Of a stretch of 64,000 nucleotides of DNA, positions 59,120 to 64,000 are shown piece after piece (positions within the stretch are counted from its first letter, which is position 1; each line of letters opens with the position of its first letter). The notes below the pieces were generated by a model. It worked only from the letters and a program-made list of their open reading frames with translations. It searched no databases and was not told where the DNA came from. The position numbers and the translations under genes were made by a program. The stretch comes from an uncultured virus (IMG/VR IMGVR_UViG_3300027963_000068). Lineage: Duplodnaviria; Heunggongvirae; Uroviricota; Caudoviricetes. The DNA lies in IMG/VR virus record IMGVR_UViG_3300027963_000068. One strand, given 5' to 3'.

Positions 59120-60802
59120 ATGTCTAAGTTGTTTGGGTTCAAAATACAAGATACTGGAGTAGATAAGTCAAAAAAACTTGTTTCTCCAGTTCCTCCTAAT
59201 GAAGAAGATAAATCTGATTATTACATTCAAAGTGGTTTTTATGGGCAATATGTAGATATTGAAGGTGTTTATAAGAATGAACAAGATCTTGTAAAAAGAT
59301 ATCGTGAAATGGCTTTACACCCAGAATGTGATAGTGCGATTGAAGATGTCGTAAATGAAGCTATTGTATCAGATTTGAATGATTCACCAGTAGAAATCGA
59401 ACTTTCAAATCTTCCAGCATCAGACAAATTAAAACAAATTATTCGTGATGAATTTAAATCCATTAAAGAAATTATGGATTTTGATAGAAAAGCACACGAA
59501 ATTTTTAGAAATTGGTACGTAGATGGAAAGATTTTTTACCATAAAGTAATTGACTTAAAAAATCCTTCTGCTGGAATTCAAGAAATTAGATATATTGATC
59601 CAATTAAAATTCGTTTTATTCGTAAGGCAGAACAAACTGGACAAAATGCAAATTTTCCAGCATCATCAAGTAGAAGTAACGAACCAATAGATATTCATCA
59701 AGCACCAAAAATAGAAGAATATTATCTTTATGATCCAAATTCTTCTATTGGATCAAGTGGATCAATCTCTTTTCGCAATGATGCAAAAAGTGTAAAAATT
59801 GCAAAAGATGCTATTACCTATGTAACATCAGGTCTTGTAGATCGAAATAAGCAAACTATTTTATCTTATCTTCATAAATCAATTAAAGCACTCAATCAAT
59901 TGAGAATGATTGAAGATAGCCTTGTGATTTATAGACTTTCTAGAGCACCAGAAAGAAGAATATTTTATATTGATGTCGGCAATCTTCCAAAAATTAAAGC
60001 AGAACAATATCTTCGTGATGTGATGAATCGTTATCGAAATAAGTTAGTTTATAATGCAGATACAGGAGAGATTAAAGATGATCGCAAATATATGGCTATG
60101 TTGGAAGATTTCTGGTTACCACGAAGAGAGGGTGGAAGAGGAACTGAAATTACTACACTTCCAGGCGGACAAAATCTTGGAGAACTTGCTGATATTGAAT
60201 ATTTTCAAAAGAAACTTTACAAATCGTTAAATGTACCTTCAAGTCGAATCGATGTTGGTGGTGGTGGTTTCAATCTTGGCCGTTCATCTGAAATTTTAAG
60301 AGATGAACTTAAATTTACTAGATTTGTAGGAAGACTTAGAAAAAGATTTTCAGAAGTCTTTAATGATATGCTAAAAACACAATTGATTTTGAAAAATATA
60401 GTTACACTACAAGATTGGGAAGTTTTGAGAGAGCATATTCAATATGATTATGTTTATGATAATCATTTTTCGGATCTAAAAGAAAATGAACTTCGCAATG
60501 ATCAACTTGGGGTTGTTGCTGCAATGGAACCTTATATTGGTAAATACTTTTCAGCACAATACATCAGATCAAAAGTATTAAAGCAATCTGATGGACAAAT
60601 GAAAGAAATTGATGCTCAAATTCAAAAAGAAATTAAAGAAGGAATTATTCCAGATCCAAATCAACCAATTGACCCAACTACTGGAATGCCGATGCAATCT
60701 TCTCCCAACGAAATGAATTTAGGGCAACCAATAATGGAACCAGATTTAGAAAAACAAGGAAAAGCAGCAGAAATTGAAATGCCGAAAGGTGGAGAGATAT
60801 AA
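59120..60802 (+). CDS. gp20: Portal protein gp20
   Basis: YREMALHPECD, WYVDG, YRLSRAPERRIFYIDVGNLP, EDFWLPRREGGRGTEI. Confidence 0.98.
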   Translation: MSKLFGFKIQDTGVDKSKKLVSPVPPNEEDKSDYYIQSGFYGQYVDIEGVYKNEQDLVKRYREMALHPECDSAIEDVVNEAIVSDLNDSPVEIELSNLPASDKLKQIIRDEFKSIKEIMDFDRKAHEIFRNWYVDGKIFYHKVIDLKNPSAGIQEIRYIDPIKIRFIRKAEQTGQNANFPASSSRSNEPIDIHQAPKIEEYYLYDPNSSIGSSGSISFRNDAKSVKIAKDAITYVTSGLVDRNKQTILSYLHKSIKALNQLRMIEDSLVIYRLSRAPERRIFYIDVGNLPKIKAEQYLRDVMNRYRNKLVYNADTGEIKDDRKYMAMLEDFWLPRREGGRGTEITTLPGGQNLGELADIEYFQKKLYKSLNVPSSRIDVGGGGFNLGRSSEILRDELKFTRFVGRLRKRFSEVFNDMLKTQLILKNIVTLQDWEVLREHIQYDYVYDNHFSDLKENELRNDQLGVVAAMEPYIGKYFSAQYIRSKVLKQSDGQMKEIDAQIQKEIKEGIIPDPNQPIDPTTGMPMQSSPNEMNLGQPIMEPDLEKQGKAAEIEMPKGGEI

Positions 60803-60833
60803 ATAGTTCTTAGTTATTATACATTATAAAAAT

Positions 60834-61037
60834 ATGGAAGATTTAGTAGATATGATTGTTACTGATGATTCCCCTTCACAAATTGCAGACAGAATTAAAG
60901 ATATTCTGTTTGCAAAAAGTGCCGGAAGAGTAGAAGACGCAAAACCTTATGTTGCTTCTAGTCTTTTTGGTGAAGAGGATTCGGAGACATATGAAGAAGG
61001 TGATGACGAATACGAAGAAGATGAGGAAGAAGTCTAA
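60834..61037 (+). CDS. Small acidic protein (prohead core gp67-like position)
   Basis: TATAAATA 60798-60805 upstream; acidic tail; after portal. Confidence 0.7.
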   Translation: MEDLVDMIVTDDSPSQIADRIKDILFAKSAGRVEDAKPYVASSLFGEEDSETYEEGDDEYEEDEEEV

Positions 61038-61558
61038 TGGCTTTTAGAATTGTACAAACAGTTAATGCTGTTAGTGTTTCTGCTGCAGCAACAACAACAT
61101 CTAATGCAATTTCTCTTCAATCTGGATATCTTCGTGTTTCTTGTGGGTCAACTGCTGCTTATATTCAGATTTCTGAAAATCCAGTAGCAACTGCAAATGA
61201 TTTTATGATTGTTCCAAATAGTGCTGATGTTTTGAAACAAAGAGTTGCAAGACAAAGAATTTCAGGAATTACTACAGGAGCAACAACAGTTGTCGAATTT
61301 GGTGAAAATAACGGAAATCCATTTATAGTGGGTGATTATGTAACAATCTCTGGTGGTTCTCCCGCTGGAGTAAATACATCACATACACAAGTTACTGCGT
61401 CAAATGCATCATCAATTACACTAGGTTGGAATAGTTCCACTGTAACTGGAATTGCAGTCACAAATGCAATTATATCTAGAAGTGTAAAAGTTTCTGTTTT
61501 TTCTCCCGCAGCAACAACTGTAAGTATTGCAGAAGTCCAAACCGCATCAGTAACCTAA
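61037..61558 (+). CDS. Hypothetical virion-associated protein
   Basis: Ser/Thr/Val-rich, between portal and protease genes. Confidence 0.75.
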   Translation: MAFRIVQTVNAVSVSAAATTTSNAISLQSGYLRVSCGSTAAYIQISENPVATANDFMIVPNSADVLKQRVARQRISGITTGATTVVEFGENNGNPFIVGDYVTISGGSPAGVNTSHTQVTASNASSITLGWNSSTVTGIAVTNAIISRSVKVSVFSPAATTVSIAEVQTASVT

Positions 61559-61559
61559 A

Positions 61560-62210
61560 ATGAAACTCATCACAGAAGAAGTACAAAAAGTCAATTTCAT
61601 CACTGAAGGAAGGGGTGCTTCCAAAAAAATGTTTATTGAAGGAACATTTCTTCAAGGTGGTGTTAAAAATCGTAACAATAGAGAATACCCAATCCATATT
61701 TTAGAACGTGAAGTGAACAGATATAATGAAACATTTGTTCAAAAAGGTCGTGCTCTTGGTGAACTTGGGCATCCTGATGGACCAACTGTAAATTTGGATC
61801 GTGTTTCTCATATGATTACTTCACTTGTTCGTGAAGGAAATAATTTTAAGGGAAGAGCACAACTTTTATCTACACCAATGGGCAAAATTGCACAATCACT
61901 GATTGGCGAAGGTGTAACTCTTGGAGTTTCTTCTCGTGGTGTTGGTTCATTGCTCCAAACAAATGAAGGACATAAAATTGTTGGTGAAGACTTTATGCTT
62001 GCAACTGCTGCTGATCTTGTTGCTGACCCATCTGCACCTGATGCATTTGTTCAGGGCATTATGGAAGGTAAGGAATGGTGTTGGGATGGTGGAATTCTAA
62101 AAGAACAGGCAGCAAAAAAAACATACAAGAGAATCAATACTCTTGTAGATCAAAAAATTCTTGATGAACACAAAGTGAATTTATTTCAAGAATTTCTATC
62201 AAATCTTTAA
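61560..62210 (+). CDS. gp21: Prohead protease gp21
   Basis: MKLITE, NRN.R.YP, ALGELGHP, GVSSRG.GSL, D.VADPSAPDA. Confidence 0.97.
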   Translation: MKLITEEVQKVNFITEGRGASKKMFIEGTFLQGGVKNRNNREYPIHILEREVNRYNETFVQKGRALGELGHPDGPTVNLDRVSHMITSLVREGNNFKGRAQLLSTPMGKIAQSLIGEGVTLGVSSRGVGSLLQTNEGHKIVGEDFMLATAADLVADPSAPDAFVQGIMEGKEWCWDGGILKEQAAKKTYKRINTLVDQKILDEHKVNLFQEFLSNL

Positions 62211-62212
62211 AT

Positions 62213-62220
62213 TATAAATA
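62213..62220 (+). promoter_or_regulatory. T4-type late promoter
   Basis: TATAAATA upstream of gp22. Confidence 0.8.
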
Positions 62221-62256
62221 AATATAGATTTAACATAGGTAAATCGGAGAGTTCAA

Positions 62257-63441
62257 ATGTCCCGTGGTAAAAACTTACAAGAAATGGAAACAGGCACAAC
62301 CCAATCTCGCACTGCCGTAAATGCAAATGCAAAGGCAGCAGAACCAATGCAAAAGTTAAGTACAGGTATTGCTCCTGGTCAAACTGGTAATTGGGAAGAC
62401 CTCGGTGGACCAACACCAGAGAATTATCGTTCCGATGATGATTCTGCAAAACTCATCACTCCTACCGGAACACTTAAGTCCGTAAAGAATGTTGTGACTA
62501 AAGGTGCTAAATCTGCAGAAGCAATGCAGAAAATGAAAGAAGCAATTGAAGCACTCGAAGAAGATGAAGAACTTCTAGAAGCCAAACATAAAAATGATGA
62601 TGAAGAATCTGAAGATGAAGAATCTGAAGATGAAGAATCGGAAGGTGACGAATCTGAAGATGAAGATGATGACGAAGAAGAAGATAAAAAGAAAAAGAAA
62701 AAGAAAGTAGAAGAATCTATTAACATTGAAGAAGATGTTGATGCTCTTCTTGCTGGTGAAGATCTCTCCGAAGAGTTTAGAGAGAAAGCAAAACTTATTT
62801 TTGAAACAGCAATTAATGCTAAAATTTCAGAAATTTATGAATCATTAGAAGAGCATTATGAATCCAAACTTCTTGAAGAAGTTGATTCAATGAAAGGTCA
62901 ACTTGTAGAAAGAGTCGATGCATACCTTGAGTATGTTGCCGATGAATGGCTGCAAGAAAATGCTCTTATTGTAGAGCAAGGTCTCAAGACCGAGATGACC
63001 GAATCATTCCTACAAGGAATGAAAGGTCTTTTTGAAGATCATTATGTAACAATCCCTGACGATAAATATAATGTTCTTGAGAGTATGGTAGATAAACTTG
63101 ATGAAATGGAGACAAAACTCAACGAGCAAATTGAAAGAAATGTTGCTCTAAATCAAAGATTAGCAGAGTCGGTTGCCGATGTTATTTTTTCTGATATCAC
63201 TGAGGGTTTAGCGACTTCTCAGAAAGATAAACTCGCTTCTCTTGCTGAAAATGTTGAGTTTGATAGTGAAGCAAACTATCGTGAGAAACTAGTAACTTTA
63301 AAGGAATCTTATTTCCCAAGAAACACTAGTGCTCAAAGAGATTATTCAGAGACATTATCTGAAGAAACAAATTACAATGAACCAGTTTCTGGTGTAATGG
63401 GATCGTATCTTCAGACTCTGAGCCGAGTTTCTAAAAAGTGA
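62257..63441 (+). CDS. gp22: Prohead core scaffold gp22
   Basis: LSEEF..KA..IFE.A, VDAYLEYVADEW..EN, F..HY; between gp21 and gp23. Confidence 0.95.
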   Translation: MSRGKNLQEMETGTTQSRTAVNANAKAAEPMQKLSTGIAPGQTGNWEDLGGPTPENYRSDDDSAKLITPTGTLKSVKNVVTKGAKSAEAMQKMKEAIEALEEDEELLEAKHKNDDEESEDEESEDEESEGDESEDEDDDEEEDKKKKKKKVEESINIEEDVDALLAGEDLSEEFREKAKLIFETAINAKISEIYESLEEHYESKLLEEVDSMKGQLVERVDAYLEYVADEWLQENALIVEQGLKTEMTESFLQGMKGLFEDHYVTIPDDKYNVLESMVDKLDEMETKLNEQIERNVALNQRLAESVADVIFSDITEGLATSQKDKLASLAENVEFDSEANYREKLVTLKESYFPRNTSAQRDYSETLSEETNYNEPVSGVMGSYLQTLSRVSKK

Positions 63442-63489
63442 TTTTTAAATCATAAATCAAACTAACAATTTCCAAAAGAGGTAAAACAA

Positions 63490-64000
63490 ATGCAAATGTT
63501 CGATGGAGAACGTCTGCAGGAGAAGTGGGCACCACTACTTAATTATGAGGGTCTTGATTCAATCAAGGACTCACATCGCAGAATGGTAACCGCAGTCCTG
63601 TTAGAAAATCAAGAAAAGTTTTTAAGAGAGGAAAATCAATTCCTTTATGAAGCACCAACAATGGCCGCAGGGTCTGGTGGTTTCAGTGGTTCTTCTACTG
63701 CAACCGGTCCTGTAGCAGGTTTCGATCCAGTTCTAATTAGCCTAATTCGTCGTTCTATGCCTAACTTGGTCGCTTATGACCTTGCTGGCGTACAACCAAT
63801 GAATGGTCCTACTGGACTTATCTTCGCAATGCGTTCACGTTATACTAATCAATCGGGATCTGAAGCACTCTTCAACGAAGCAGATACTTCATTCTCCGGT
63901 CAAGATTCCGGTTTTGATGTTACTTCAGGTTTCACTGATGGCGCAGCTGGTTTCGGTACTACTTCAAACCCAGCAGGAACCAATCCTGGACTTTTGAATC
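63490..64000 (+). CDS. gp23: Major capsid protein gp23 (partial, runs off window)
   Basis: Read by hand: MQMFDGERLQEKWAPLL...LLENQE...FDPVLISLIRRSMPNLVAYDLAGVQPMNGPTGLIFAMRS. Confidence 0.97.
   Translation, partial: MQMFDGERLQEKWAPLLNYEGLDSIKDSHRRMVTAVLLENQEKFLREENQFLYEAPTMAAGSGGFSGSSTATGPVAGFDPVLISLIRRSMPNLVAYDLAGVQPMNGPTGLIFAMRSRYTNQSGSEALFNEADTSFSGQDSGFDVTSGFTDGAAGFGTTSNPAGTNPGLLN

Noticed and set aside
24191..63997. Minus-strand and alternate-frame ORFs inside structural genes (e.g. 34109..34582, 49126..49506, 62424..62726, 63803..63997)
   Set aside because: Fully overlap well-supported + strand genes; shadows of codon bias

Overview
AT-rich fragment of a T4-like myovirus, very likely a cyanophage of picocyanobacteria (cyanobacterial-type two-piece tmRNA, NblA-like gene, TTTTCCACA DnaA-box array). 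All credible genes are on the + strand. 1-5.1 kb: late-promoter genes, including two nuclease-like genes each flanked by a duplicated 3' end of the upstream gene, and proteins with T4 capsid-targeting-like N-termini. 5.1-17.9 kb: accessory region of small ORFs organised behind 16 copies of a palindrome/extended -10 promoter element, with 3 tRNAs, a permuted tmRNA with a non-standard tag end, an NlaIII/IceA-like nuclease plus adenine MTase, an SF2 helicase, an ArdA-like gene and an unexplained structured RNA. 17.9-18.9 kb: non-coding stretch with divergent consensus sigma70 promoters and 13 DnaA-box-like sites. 19-64 kb: speD and the T4-type virion module (gp25, gp6, giant gp7-like, gp8, VrlC-like, fibre, gp13-gp22, start of gp23). 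Protein family calls rest on motif recognition and gene order only; no searches were run.
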